Shown one piece after another: positions 13,264 to 24,846 of a DNA stretch of 64,000 nt. The notes beneath the pieces were generated by a model that made no database searches, had not been told where the DNA came from, and saw only the letters and a program-made list of their open reading frames with translations. Position numbers and translations under genes: made by a program. Every line of letters starts with the position of its first letter. Within the stretch, counting starts at the first letter, position 1. The stretch comes from Centroscyllium fabricii. Lineage: Eukaryota. The DNA is taken from positions 133,238,001-133,302,000 of the forward strand of contig JBNRSN020000001.1 of the NCBI GenBank assembly GCA_051313645.2, given 5' to 3'.

Positions 13264-16158
13264 ATGGGGCTGTACATTGTCAACGGTAGGTTCAGAGGGG
13301 ACTCCCTAGGAAAACCAACCTACTCTTCACTTCTTGGCACTAGCACCATAGACTATATGATTACGGATCTGGATCCTTCCTCTCTCAGAGCGTTCACAGT
13401 CAAACCGCTAACACCTCTGTCAGATCACAGCCAAATTACTGCGTATTTCAAAAGAGCGGAAACTACCTTCACAGAAACACTGCCCAGCAAGCTGCACAAA
13501 ACCAAAAAACCATACAGATGGGCCCAAGACAGCTCTGAAAGATACATAAAAGCAAGTAGCAGTCAATCGATTCAATTGCTCCTGGGCACCTTTCTAGAAA
13601 ACACATACACCCACAATAAAGAAGGCGTAAACCTGGCAGTGAACAACATTAACAATATTTTTGATAAATTGGCATCAATGTCAGACCTGAAACCCTCTTC
13701 CCAGAATAAGCCCTCCCAGAATAAGCCCAAGACGAGAAAACACGAAAAATGGTTTGATACGGACTGTCATAACATGAGGAAAAAACTCAGAAATATATCA
13801 AACCAAAAACATAGACAACCAACGAATGAGGAACTTCGCATTGCCTATTGTCAGGCACTAACACAATATAAACACACACTCAGAACGAAGAAAGAACAGT
13901 ATACTAAGAAAAAACTTAGTGACATTGAAGAATCTATTGATTCCAATAGTTTCTGGGAAAACTGGAACGCACTACACAAAAAGCAACAAGACGAACTGCC
14001 CATTCAAAATGGTGAAATATGGGAAAAACATTTTGTCCAATTGTACCAGAAACACACACTAAGCCCAGAGCAAGAACAATTATGTAAAAAATTGCACAAC
14101 CTCGAAATGATCATAAAGGATTACCAAAACCCCCTAGACTCCTTAATCACTGAAAGAGAGCTAGCCGAAAAACTTAGGGACCTGCGACCAAGAAAAGCAG
14201 GTGGCGCAGACGGCATACTAAACGAGATGCTAAAACACACAGATGATAAAATGAAACGGGCTATCCTACAACTCTTCAACCTGGTTCTGAGTGCCGGTTA
14301 CTTCCCTGAAGTCTGGAACAAAGGACTCATAACACCCATATTTAAAAGTGGAGACAAACTTGACCCAAACAATTACAGAGGCATCTGTGTGAGCAGCAAC
14401 CTGGGGAAGGTTTTCTGTAGTATCATTAACAAAAGACTCACAAGCTTTCTCACGGAGCACAATGTCCTGAGTAACAGCCAAATTGGATTCCTACCAAACT
14501 ATAGAACCTCTGACCATATTTTCACCCTCCACACCCTAATAGACAAACACGTCCACCAAAATAAAAGCAAAATTTTTGCCTGCTTTATAGATTTCCAAAA
14601 GGCTTTCGACTCTATTTGGCACGATGGTCTATTCCTAAAACTCATCGAAGGAGGGATAGGGGGAAAAACGTATGACGTAATTAAATCAATGTACACAGGA
14701 AACAAATGTGCAGTTAAAATCGGAGATAAACAAACAAAATACTTCCCACAGGGACGTGGCGTGGCACAGGGCTCCTCTATCTCACCAACTCTTTTTAACA
14801 TCTATATAAATGAACTGGCAAAAACACTGGAACAATCTACAGCACCGGGCCTCGACCTACATGACTCCGAGGTCAAATTCCTCCTGTATGCAGATGATCT
14901 AGTCCTACTGTCACCGACAGAGGAGGGTCTACAACAGAACCTCGATCGGTTAGAGTCATTCTGCCAGAATTGGGCATTGAAAATAAACCCCAAAAAATCC
15001 AAGGTTCTTGTATTCCAGCAAAGAACCAAACATCAGGGAACCAAAACAAACTACACACTAGGAGCAACACTCATTGAACAAACTACAAACTACACATACT
15101 TAGGGTTAAAAATCAGCTCCACGGGAAATTTTCACTTGGCCGTGAACGAACTGAAAGAGAAAGCGAGAAGGGCATTCTATGCCATTAAGAAGACAATCCA
15201 AATAGACATTCCACCGGGCATTTGGATCAAAATCTTTAACTCTGTAATTGAACCAATTGCACTTTATGGCAGCGAGGTGTGGGGTCTGCTATCACACCAA
15301 GATTTTGCAAAATGGGACAAACACCCAATTGAGACCCTGCATGCTGAGTTCTGTAAGAGTATCCTTCGGACTCAGAGGAAAACCACAAACAATGCATGCA
15401 GGGCAGAGTTAGGCCAATATCCACTACTATTTAAAATCCAAAAAAGAGCAATCAAATTCTGGAAACACCTAAAACTGAGCAACCCTCACAGTTACCACTA
15501 CAAAGCCCTGAAATGCCAAGAAGCGAACATAAAAAGAAGTCCCATCAACCAACTAGTCCTAGGACTTAGCGAAGTTACTAATAACACTACTGTTAACAAC
15601 CAACTTAGCGGAAAAACCACTAACACTATTGGTAACAACCAGCCCCTGGACAGTGACGCCCTAGCACTCAGAATCCGACCCAACACAATTATTACTCAAC
15701 AAAAAGAAAAATACCTGAACTACTGGACAGAAACGACAAAAACCCAAATCAAACTAGATTGCTACTTGGCCCTAAACAGACAGTACACCATGGCGGACTA
15801 CCTGTCCATGGTGAAAGATAGAAAACTGAGAAAAACGCTGACAATGTACAGACTTTGCGAGCACAGCCTAGCCATCGAAAAAGGCAGACACAGAAAGACT
15901 TGGCTGCCCAGAGAGGAAAGGCTGTGCTCCCACTGCAGTCAGGGAGTGGTGGAGACAGAGCTGCACTTCCTCACAACCTGCGAAAACTATCAGGGAATAA
16001 GGGGAAATTTCTTCCCAAAATTCGCAACAGCATGCCCTGAATTCAAAAATTTGACCGACCACCAGAAACTCCCATACCTACTAGGGGAACAGAAGGAATG
16101 TATAAAACTTGCGGCAAACTACGTCACAGCTTGCCATAAGCAGAGGGACAACCAGTGA
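13264..16158 (+). CDS. Non-LTR retrotransposon ORF2 (partial AP endonuclease, RT, C-terminal CCHC), RTE-X-like; uninterrupted but 5'-truncated
   Basis: STIDY and LSDH endonuclease motifs; NYRGI, FIDFQKAFD, QGSSISP, LYADD RT motifs; C-terminal CSHC...HFLTTC; no stops over about 2.9 kb. Clade assignment is tentative. Confidence 0.9.
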   Translation: MGLYIVNGRFRGDSLGKPTYSSLLGTSTIDYMITDLDPSSLRAFTVKPLTPLSDHSQITAYFKRAETTFTETLPSKLHKTKKPYRWAQDSSERYIKASSSQSIQLLLGTFLENTYTHNKEGVNLAVNNINNIFDKLASMSDLKPSSQNKPSQNKPKTRKHEKWFDTDCHNMRKKLRNISNQKHRQPTNEELRIAYCQALTQYKHTLRTKKEQYTKKKLSDIEESIDSNSFWENWNALHKKQQDELPIQNGEIWEKHFVQLYQKHTLSPEQEQLCKKLHNLEMIIKDYQNPLDSLITERELAEKLRDLRPRKAGGADGILNEMLKHTDDKMKRAILQLFNLVLSAGYFPEVWNKGLITPIFKSGDKLDPNNYRGICVSSNLGKVFCSIINKRLTSFLTEHNVLSNSQIGFLPNYRTSDHIFTLHTLIDKHVHQNKSKIFACFIDFQKAFDSIWHDGLFLKLIEGGIGGKTYDVIKSMYTGNKCAVKIGDKQTKYFPQGRGVAQGSSISPTLFNIYINELAKTLEQSTAPGLDLHDSEVKFLLYADDLVLLSPTEEGLQQNLDRLESFCQNWALKINPKKSKVLVFQQRTKHQGTKTNYTLGATLIEQTTNYTYLGLKISSTGNFHLAVNELKEKARRAFYAIKKTIQIDIPPGIWIKIFNSVIEPIALYGSEVWGLLSHQDFAKWDKHPIETLHAEFCKSILRTQRKTTNNACRAELGQYPLLFKIQKRAIKFWKHLKLSNPHSYHYKALKCQEANIKRSPINQLVLGLSEVTNNTTVNNQLSGKTTNTIGNNQPLDSDALALRIRPNTIITQQKEKYLNYWTETTKTQIKLDCYLALNRQYTMADYLSMVKDRKLRKTLTMYRLCEHSLAIEKGRHRKTWLPREERLCSHCSQGVVETELHFLTTCENYQGIRGNFFPKFATACPEFKNLTDHQKLPYLLGEQKECIKLAANYVTACHKQRDNQ

Positions 16159-16440
16159 ACATTGACATTGAAGCTAGGATGAGCATACAAGCTCTATATG
16201 CGGGTATAAACGTACATGTGTACGTAACTAATGTACGGGTGTCAATAATTCTACTAATGTATTATTCTATGTAGTACGTCTACGAATGTATTATTCTTAT
16301 GTATGTTAACCTAAGTCCAGTTAAATGTTATACTTATTTTGTTTGTATTGTTATTGATGTACCATTTTTGTAATGCTTTGGCAACAACGGTTGATACCAT
16401 TCATGCCAATAAAGCTATTTGAAAGTGAAAGTGAAAGTGA
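13266..16440 (+). mobile_element. Young RTE-X-like LINE copy with 3' UTR and (GAAAGT)n tail
   Basis: AATAAA at about 16408 then GAAAGT repeats; flanks rejoin as ...gagtagtaccatgg|gatctttaac..., an old SINE-like sequence. Confidence 0.85.
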
Positions 16441-17907
16441 TCTTTAACAATCACCTGAACCATCGGATGGGTCAAATGGGTATTGCTTTATTGTCTCAAT
16501 TGAAGACTTGAATACACCAATAATTCTAAGTGTGTCCATCTGGTGACTTGGCACTGTGGAATGTTTCGTAAGAAAAAATAAAATATTTCAAAATATGTGC
16601 TTTATATTGTTATGCAAACCACTTTGATATATTTGTGCAAAATGTGCTAAGGTGTTACGTAAATGCATTTTTCTCAGCAGACAAGCCTGTAAAATGGGTT
16701 GTCTTGGACAAAATGAGTGTTACCCCTCACTTCAAAAGCATCATAAATGTACCATATCCAGTACCTGTAGTAGAAATGTGGTGCAGAGAGACTTGAGCTG
16801 TCTTGGCAATCTATTTGAATTTGAGCCACTTGCTGGAAAACAACTTTCACCGAATAAATTTGACATCTATTCATACTTATGTCACAATGACTAGTTCCTG
16901 CTGTGTTCCTTTAAGGAGCAGTGGGATAACAAGGAAGGGTACACCCCAAAGTGATGTAATTGGGTATTAACTTTGTCCAAAGATAGTTTCTTAGGAGGTG
17001 CTGAGAAGGCACTTAATCCTGATATTCCTTCTAAATCAGAAAATCACAAAGGGTTACTTACCTGTGTTAGTATGATCCTCGGTCGTCTTAAGTATGTCAG
17101 GCAAAGTATACTGAGATAGATATGTGGAGCAGAGCTAGCCAGCATTGGTGGAGAAAGCTATTATTGATGACCTTTCCCAAATCAAGATTAAAACACTCCA
17201 ATGTTAAGAATTTAATAGCAGCGCACATGGGGGAAAATTGGCCAAGAATGTGTTGCTTTTATCTAGCTTGGAAATACGCTGCACAATCTCCATCATTTGG
17301 AGTAAGCTAACCCGGTAATTATTCTTTTAACAGACAAAATCGTAGTTTGGTGTCTGGAAATATTTTACTTTTTTACTGTACAAATTATTTCAGTGTTGAA
17401 ACTAGGTCGGAATAAATCACTTCCACAGATGACAACATCCAGCTTTTAGCTTGTGCCAATATTTTGTTGTCTGTCAGTACATTTTTATTTTGCTTTTCCA
17501 AATGGCTATTTCCTACAGTAAGTATAGTAGGTTCCATGGGAATATTTGTACTACTGAAAGACTATGATTAGATGCACACTTATTGTTGTATTAATGCCAA
17601 TCAAAGTTATACACAGTGGGCGTAAGTGTTAAGTTTGTCAAAAATGTTCAGGTGATGTGAAAAATGATATGCCCTCTTCACTAGATTGTAAAATCATTTA
17701 AAAGTTGTATGAGGATAATTTCAAATTCTTGAAAATAAAAGGTGTGGCAAAGTTCTTCAAATTACTTAGAAGAGATTCATGTGCCTCCATGCTAATCATA
17801 TATTTGTTAGTAAAAGTCACATATGTCAGTAGTATTACCTTTTTGTATATTCTGGAATGGAATTTGTCATACTGTACATACTCACACTTGTCATTCATAT
17901 TTTTTAG

Positions 17908-18300
17908 GTGACACTTTCAGCAGCAGCCCAGACAGTACACCAATGGGAAGCATAGAGTCTCTGTCCTCTCATTCATCAGAACTAAACAGTTCCTCTAAAA
18001 CCAGCTCCTCTCAACAGCATTTGAAAAGTGAGATAGGAGATAATGGAATACCATGGGTGTCAGCACCTGTATCATTGCCTGGACAAAAGGGCACACTCGT
18101 CTGGACCACAAGCCCAGAATCAAGTTCCAGTGAAGATACAGTTAAAACAGATGGTCAGTCAGATTCTCAGAGTCTGTTATCTGTTATTAACCCAGGAAAC
18201 ACATCCCAGCCATTCAGTCTGTGCAGTGAAGGACCTCATAAATATACTGGGCTTAAAAGATCAATAACGACTTCCCTAACTTCTCTCCCTACAACAGATG
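17908..18300 (+). CDS. ARHGAP42: ARHGAP42 Ser-rich coding exon (DTFSSSPDSTPMGSIESLSSHSSE...)
   Basis: tttttag acceptor, GTAGGT donor at 18301, 393 nt, phase 1-1. SSSPDSTPMGSIESLSSHSSE and WTTSPESSS match remembered ARHGAP42. Confidence 0.95.
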
Positions 18301-18387
18301 GTAGGTTCATAGGTAGTTTTTTAATGATTAAAATTGCTAATTGCAAAGTAAAAATAATATTAAGGGTTTTTGTTAAATTCTTTCCAG

Positions 18388-18550
18388 GTACTAATACCAG
18401 AACTTTTAGTAGTTCTGTTCAGAATCTTTCTTCAATGGATTTAAAAGATACACCTAAAACTGCATCCAACCCAGCACTTCCTCCAAAGATGACTGTTAGA
18501 CGAAGACTAGACTCATCAGCAAGCAATGGCTATCAGAAACCTGGATCAGT
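18388..18550 (+). CDS. ARHGAP42: ARHGAP42 coding exon (...NPALPPKMTVRRRLDSSASNGYQKPGS)
   Basis: tttccag acceptor, GTAAGT donor at 18551, phase 1-2. LPPKM...SNGYQ.PGS motif. Confidence 0.92.
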
Positions 18551-18786
18551 GTAAGTACTATTGTTGTGAAAAATCCTTTGCTGCAGCAGCTAACATGTCT
18601 AGTGCAAAGAATCAGTACTGATGCACACTTTGGCTATAATTTTAATTTGGAGGCAGTGGGGTACTGGAAAGCGGTCTGTTAAAACAGGAAGTGGGCGGGT
18701 TGGGTCGGGATTCTGTTTTTTAACTCTTTAACCTCCCAGCTGATTCCAACCCACTTGTTTGTTGGGGTTAAAATTCCCCCCTTTAT

Positions 18787-19676
18787 GGGGTAAATTTTCC
18801 CTCTGGTGTGGGGAATTGGCGGGTTTCCGGCGGGTCAGGTTTCCCACACGAATACTGAAGGGCCTGGGAGCCCCACGCAATTTTGGCTCAATTGGCCAAT
18901 TGATTCCTCGCATGTGGGAACCCTTGGCAATTGACTATTTCAAGTCTGAAAGTTGGCGGGACCGGGATGGTGCCGGCAGCTTAAAGACGAGAGCTCCGTT
19001 TCAATGAGAAATGCTGGAGAGCCCTTTCAATGGCAGCTGCTGGTCCGTTTCAATGAGAAGTGCTGGAGAGCCCTTTCAATGGCAGCTGCTGGTCCGTTTC
19101 AATGAGAAGTGCTGGAGAGCCCTTTCAATGGCAGCTGCTGGTCAGTTTCAATGACAGCGGCTGCAGAGCTATCTCTCAAACATTAAAAAGAGCTACAAGG
19201 TGAGTTTATAAAAAGCTATATTCTCACTGATATTGTACATCCTGGGGATACAGTTAGCCCTCTTTCAGGCTGCTGCCCGGGGACGACTTCTGGTACAGCT
19301 GATTGCATGTCATCCTTTGACTTGCAGCTGATAGTCAGCAAGCCAATTGTTTCCCCACCAGGTTTCACTGGCGAGGTTTCCAGCTGGCAGGTTATGGGTG
19401 GAGAACACCTGAAAATCGCAAAGGCCCCTTAAAATGGCAGCATACATGCCAATTAAGGGTGCTTAAGGAGCCAAACAACCATTCCCGCCGGTCGCGGGCA
19501 GGAAAGATTTGGGGCGGACAGGCACGGCCGCGGGAAATCATAAAGCGGCGGGGATCTGGCGGGGGTGGGGGGGCAGTCAGGACCCTTCCGTTTTGCGATT
19601 TATTTATTTTTTGTTTGTTTTTTTGTGCCCCGCCCCACCGGAAAATCCGCCTAACGGCTCAATGAAAATTTACTCC
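18787..19676. mobile_element. Harbinger MITE, deletion derivative of the family at 1-2789 / 46180-53659
   Basis: TIR GGGGTAAATTTT / AAAATTTACTCC, TSD TAT; left about 130 nt is the reverse complement of about 53530-53659. Confidence 0.82.
18996..19155. repeat. 49-bp tandem repeat, 3 copies plus partial
   Basis: CCGTTTCAATGAGAARTGCTGGAGAGCCCTTTCAATGGCAGCTGCTGGT at 18996, 19045, 19094. Confidence 0.95.
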
Positions 19677-20259
19677 TATGTCTTAGTTTACTATACATTT
19701 GGTGTTGATGCGGTGAGCTTTCTTGCACCATACTGGTGGGAATCGTGCAGTACAATGTTTCTAATGTAGTTTGGTGTCATTAACAAAATTGCTTGGAACA
19801 GATAATGGACCTCAGGTGATCAGAACATCACGAGATCAAACCTCCAGGAATGCCTCTAATCAGAGATGGCAACCCTACTCCACCAGTACATCAGGTACTG
19901 ATGAGCTGCCAACACCCTCCTACCTACCCCCAAGCAGCTGCAGCACATGGAGGAAGGGGGTCCCAGACCGGTGTCTGCAGGACATTAATCCCCCCTCCCC
20001 AATTTAGCTGGGATCTGCCAGGCAGTGCAGTCCTACAGCAGCCACCTTGTCCTGTGGAGGCTGCCAACGTAGCAGATCCCAGGATCAGGACATCTGTCCC
20101 TCGATGGAAAGGACCGTGGGTTGGCAATGAGTTCAGAAACCCAACAAACAGAAAATGAACTGAAATCACATCACGCTGGCAGGGCTCCAGAATTAGGCAT
20201 GATCCTAAATGAAGGCAGAAAAAAAAGAAGGAATGCTACAGGAGCTACAGCCAATCCTG

Positions 20260-20571
20260 GAATCATAGAATCCCTACAGTGCAGATAGAGGCCATTTCGG
20301 CCCATCGAGCCTGCACCGACACATATCCCACCCTATCCCCGTAACCCCACATATTCAATCCCCCTAACATAAGGGTCAATTTATCATGGCCAATCAACCT
20401 AACCCGCACATCTTTGGACTGTGGGAGGAAACCGGAGCACCCGGAGGAAACCCACGCAGACACGGGGAGAATGTGCAAACTTCACACAGATAGTCACCCG
20501 AGGCCGGATTTGAACCCGGGTCTCTAGCGCTGTGAGGCAACAGTGCTACCCACTATGCCACCGTGCCGCCC
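20260..20571 (-). mobile_element. HE1-type tRNA-derived V-SINE
   Basis: GGGCGGCACGGTGGCATAGTGG A box, GGTTCAAATCC B box, V-domain GTGGGTTTCCTCCGGGTGCTCCGGTTTCCTCCCACAGTCC, CR1-like tail. Confidence 0.9.
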
Positions 20572-20677
20572 TGTGTTTAACTCTTCCAGTTTACTGTACA
20601 TACAATAGCCATTTTGAAAGTAAGGACACCTGATACAAGTCCCTTAGGTGTCCCGAATCTACAGGTTTCACTGTATA

Positions 20678-21040
20678 TAACAACTTATATTTATATACCA
20701 CCTTTAACGTAGCAAAATATGCCAAGACACTTCAGAAGCGTTATGAAACAAAATTTGGCACCGAGCCAAATATTAGAACCAGTGACCAAAAGCTTGCTCA
20801 AAGAGGTAGGTTTTAAGGAGCAGCTTAACGGAGGAGAGATTTAGGAAGTAAATTCCAGAGTTCAGGACCAAGGCAGCTGATGGCACAGCTGCCAATGGTG
20901 GAGTGATGCAAAACTGGATGCGGAAGAGGCCAGAATTGGAGGAGTGCAAAGATCTTGATGGGATGTAGGGCTGGAGAAGGTTACAGAGTAAAGAGGGGCG
21001 AGGCTATGGAAGGATTTGAAAACAAGGATGAGAATTATTT
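20678..21040 (-). mobile_element. Old L2-like LINE 3' fragment
   Basis: Typical ...GGTATATAAATATAAGTTGTT 3' end on -; decayed. Confidence 0.5.
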
Positions 21041-21072
21041 AAGTTCTTTGATTTATTTGCAGTAAGTTACTA

Positions 21073-21423
21073 CAGGTACAGAATCCCTTATCCGAAACCC
21101 GTGGGACATGGACGGGTTTCGGTTTTGGGGATTTTTCGGTTTTCGGATGGTGCCCAGTGCGCATGCGCAGATCGCATGCGCATTGCCGTGTTGGCGGCCC
21201 AGTGCGCAGGTTGAAACGGTAGGTGATTTTGGGCTCGGGGAGAAATTGGACCCGTGGGTCCATTTTTTTTACATTGGTAAGCTCCACTTTCTTGTTAATT
21301 TTACTTTTATCACTGGATTATATTGAATTGGCTTTCAAAACGGGTCAGTTTTGGCGCAACTCGGGTTTTCGGTTTTCAGAGCTTTTCGGTTTTCGGATGT
21401 GTGGTTAATGGATTGTGTACCTG
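21073..21423. mobile_element. Tigger/pogo-like MITE
   Basis: TIR CAGGTACAGAATCC / GGATTGTGTACCTG, TA duplication on both sides. Confidence 0.82.
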
Positions 21424-21566
21424 TACTCTGGGGGAAAAAATGATAGGAATCAGAACTGACGTGTTCCAAGCTCAAAAATAGTCTGAATTAGCCAAGTCAG
21501 CTTGGCTTATTTTGTATCATTCTCACCTCTTGAGTCAGAAGGTTGTGGGTTTGAACCCCACTCTAA

Positions 21567-22331
21567 GGGGGGGACTTTGCCGGAAGGGCGGGAATCTGGC
21601 GGGGATTGGTCTGGGCGGCTTCCTGTCCCGCCTGCCCAAACAGCTGGGAAGGCCACACAATTTTAATTTAATTGAGTTGTTAAATCCACGCCGGCGGCAG
21701 CGGGTGGTAATTAACTCAATCGAGTCGGGCTCCAGTGGGTCTGCGAGGAGTTTGATTGACAGTTCCAGCACTGGTTGCTGACAGTTCCCATGGAAACACT
21801 GCACTGTGACATCACAGTCGAGTGGAACCAATGGGAAAGGTCAAGTGCTGGTGACTGACAGGTGGGCGGGCGGGCTCAGAATCCTTGACAGCTCGCACCG
21901 GCTGTGAGCAAATGTGCAAAGCTGAGATTTCTCAGTTGTTGCTCACAGCTGGTGCAGACAGCATGGAGTAACTTACTCCTCTAAGGTGCTGGAGGCATGC
22001 CAAGCATTTGGCAGCATGTCCTTCACACCTTGAAGGAGAAAGTAATAACCAGCGCTGTGCTCCCGCTGGGTTTCACCCAGCGGGGTTTAAGGTGACGGGG
22101 TTAGGGCGGGAAACAGCTCAAAATGGCTGAGGGCCCTTAAAATGGCATTAAACATGCCAATTAAGGGCCCTTAACGAGGTGACAACCCATCCCCGCCGGC
22201 CAGCGGCGGGAAGGTTTCGGGGCGGGGAACCAGGGCGGGGGAAAATGATAAAGCGACGGGGCTATGGCGAGGGCGGGTCGCGAGCCGCCGAAAACCCCGC
22301 CTCACGGGGACATGAAAATCCCCCCCCCCCC
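21567..22331. mobile_element. Harbinger-type MITE inserted in an old tRNA-derived SINE
   Basis: GGGGGGACTTT / AAAATCCCCC termini; subterminal blocks shared with 2540-2660 and 19350-19560; SINE head GAGTCAGAAGGTTGTGGGTTTGAACCCCACT resumes afterwards. Confidence 0.72.
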
Positions 22332-23407
22332 CAAGACTTGAACACATAATTTAGGCAGATTTTTCCTATCACTCGAAAGCACCAAAAACAACTGGTCATC
22401 CATCGCATTTGCTGTTTGTGGGATCTTGCAGGGCACGCATTAGCTGTAATATTTACCTATGAAACAACAGTGACTGCACTTCAAAAAGCAAATCACTGAT
22501 TATGAAGAAATTTAGGAAATCCTGTGGACATGATATGCCATTAAATAAATTCAACTTTTATATTTCCAGCATTTTCTGTTTTTATTTTGCATTTAATTGT
22601 TAGGTACCTAATTCACAAATTTATCACAATTTGGTTACCATGGGTCTGTATTTTTTGTTAAATGTACCCATATGCAGAGGAACAAATTGCCCCTCTGCAT
22701 CCCATTTTGTGTATCCCATGGAAGTATACTCTCCAAAATGGTAGGTGACTCCATGAAGTGACTGGCAAAGCAGTATTTCGCACCTCTTGAAAATAAAAAT
22801 AAGCAGATACTGGCCTCGGTCTTCCAAAACCAGCTGATTGTACATTTGTCCAAAATAAAATTAAGAAAAAATCATGAACCACAGAGGACAAAAATTTTGA
22901 ACAATCCACTGGTCCGTCTAATCCACACCAGTGACACGGCTTACAGGAGTGGCCTCCACAGATTCCTCATCAATTCCTTAAGTTAGCACTTATTCTAACC
23001 AAGAGACACATTCTGGGTGAGGGGCTGAAGAGGTGTGGTGGGCAGGTGGGGGTTGCGCAGTGAGAGGGAACAAGTGAAGGCAGGGACTAGCAGGGTTCTA
23101 TGCGAGGTGAAAATATAAAGACGTCTCCTAGGTAGATGTATTTTTATTTTAAAAAGCGAGATAGGGAATTACAGAAAATACTCTTCTGCCCAAGCTTTTT
23201 TTTTCTTCAGATTATTCTGTTTATTAGACTGGAATGAATATTATTGGTCCTCATATTTTAAGGAACATGTCTAGTTTTAATCGTTTTTATGGACTTTAAT
23301 GCATTAGCATTATATAAAAAGGGTGAATTCTGATGAACTTAGTGATATCAAAAGACCATCCTTTCCAATCATCTTGATTTGTTGAAACATTTCCCCCTTT
23401 CCCCCAG

Positions 23408-23470
23408 GGTTGCATCCAGAGCTCAGTTGTTTGAAAATATTGGTACTCCTAAACAAAATTCCCCCAGACG
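23408..23470 (+). CDS. ARHGAP42: ARHGAP42 63-nt coding exon (VASRAQLFENIGTPKQNSPR)
   Basis: Long pyrimidine tract plus cag, GTAAGA donor at 23471, phase 2-2. Matches remembered VAAKAQLFENVGSPK. Too short to appear in the ORF track. Confidence 0.9.
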
Positions 23471-24846
23471 GTAAGAACCTTATTTTGTGTTCCAAGTCCT
23501 TATTTCTATCACATTTGTTAACAGTTGTACTTTGAATCAGAGAATTAAGTTATTGTTGCCATTTACAGTACGTCTTTTGAAACAGTAAATGGTTCTCATG
23601 AGTATCTGGGTACCATCCCTGTGAACAATTAAAGACCTGTTGGGTGTCATTCTCTCAAGTTCTAATGGTGTAATTGAGATTCTCTTACTTGTATGCTAGA
23701 TGTCATAAACAATAGTCAATCATGTGATTCCTTATTAAAATACTTGTAGGCACAACATTGGTGGTGCATTTATAGGGAGGTCTGAGGCTATGCGTTACTG
23801 AAAAAGTTTGAATTTAACTTTGAAGTTGATGCTATTTAGTTATTTTCAAGCAATTTTACACTTCACAATTAAGAGATTTTTTAATTTAGTCCCATAACAA
23901 CCACTCTGCTACTGTTTCTGTGTAATGCTGGCTCGCTCCCTCCCCACCCCTTTTCAATTAATGCTGGTACTCTCCCTCCCCAACACTAAAGCACATCTTG
24001 CACTTTCAGCTCCGTTCCTTCTGTCCTTCAATTTCGTCAACCCCCCCATCCTTCTCCCAATCTGTTACCTTTATCAGTCACATCTTCACCTTGTTAAAGG
24101 CCTTTACCTCGCTCCATCAGAGTAGGGTTTTTCACTAAGCAATTAGGACAAATGCTTTAATAGGCCTCTACAGATGCAAGACATAGGTGCTCGCTATTTA
24201 AGTGTTCTCATCTTTCAATTGGGTCAGAGACAACTCCAGGGCACAATGACAGCTGGAAGTCCTGCACTTCCAGCAATTTCAGACACACTGGGGGAAAAAT
24301 TCAGTTGCTTTGCACTTCCTGTTAGTGCCTTAAGAGGGCACTAATGGGGCGCAAAGCAACCAGCGCCCGGGTGCAGCGATATCTGCGCCTCTTGCGAAAT
24401 TGACCGAACATTTTGCGGCGGCGCTAAACAACACCACCCCGATCTCCTGCGCTCGCCGATCTTGACGTCATTCGAGCATGCAACGCCCTTGTGACGTCCC
24501 GGAACAGAAATTGAGTGGCGCCCCCATCCTTTCCACCTGGCACAACCAACGACAGGTAGACTGGAACGCTTCCCAGTCACTGTGGGGCTGGGGGGGCGCT
24601 ATTTAAAGGGGGCCTCTTCCTGGCTTTTTCTGTGGTAGACATTTTTGCACCACTCGTTCTGAGAGAGAGAAAGAGGGACTTCTGCATTGAGTCAACGCTG
24701 TGTGAAGTAGTTTTGGCTTCTGACCATAACTTTGCAGGTACTTTGGTTTTTGACCTTCATAACTTTGATTGCCAAGAGACATTGGGGGCATCATCCTGCG
24801 CCAGCAGAATCGGAGGCCGCAGAGACGCAGAGAGAGAGTGGCAATC

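Noticed and set aside
17823-18554. 243-aa single-exon ORF
   Set aside because: It is two ARHGAP42 exons plus an in-frame intron and upstream intron sequence, not a separate gene.
18996-19155. CRISPR-like repeat array
   Set aside because: Contiguous 49-bp tandem units without unique spacers, eukaryotic context, no cas genes.
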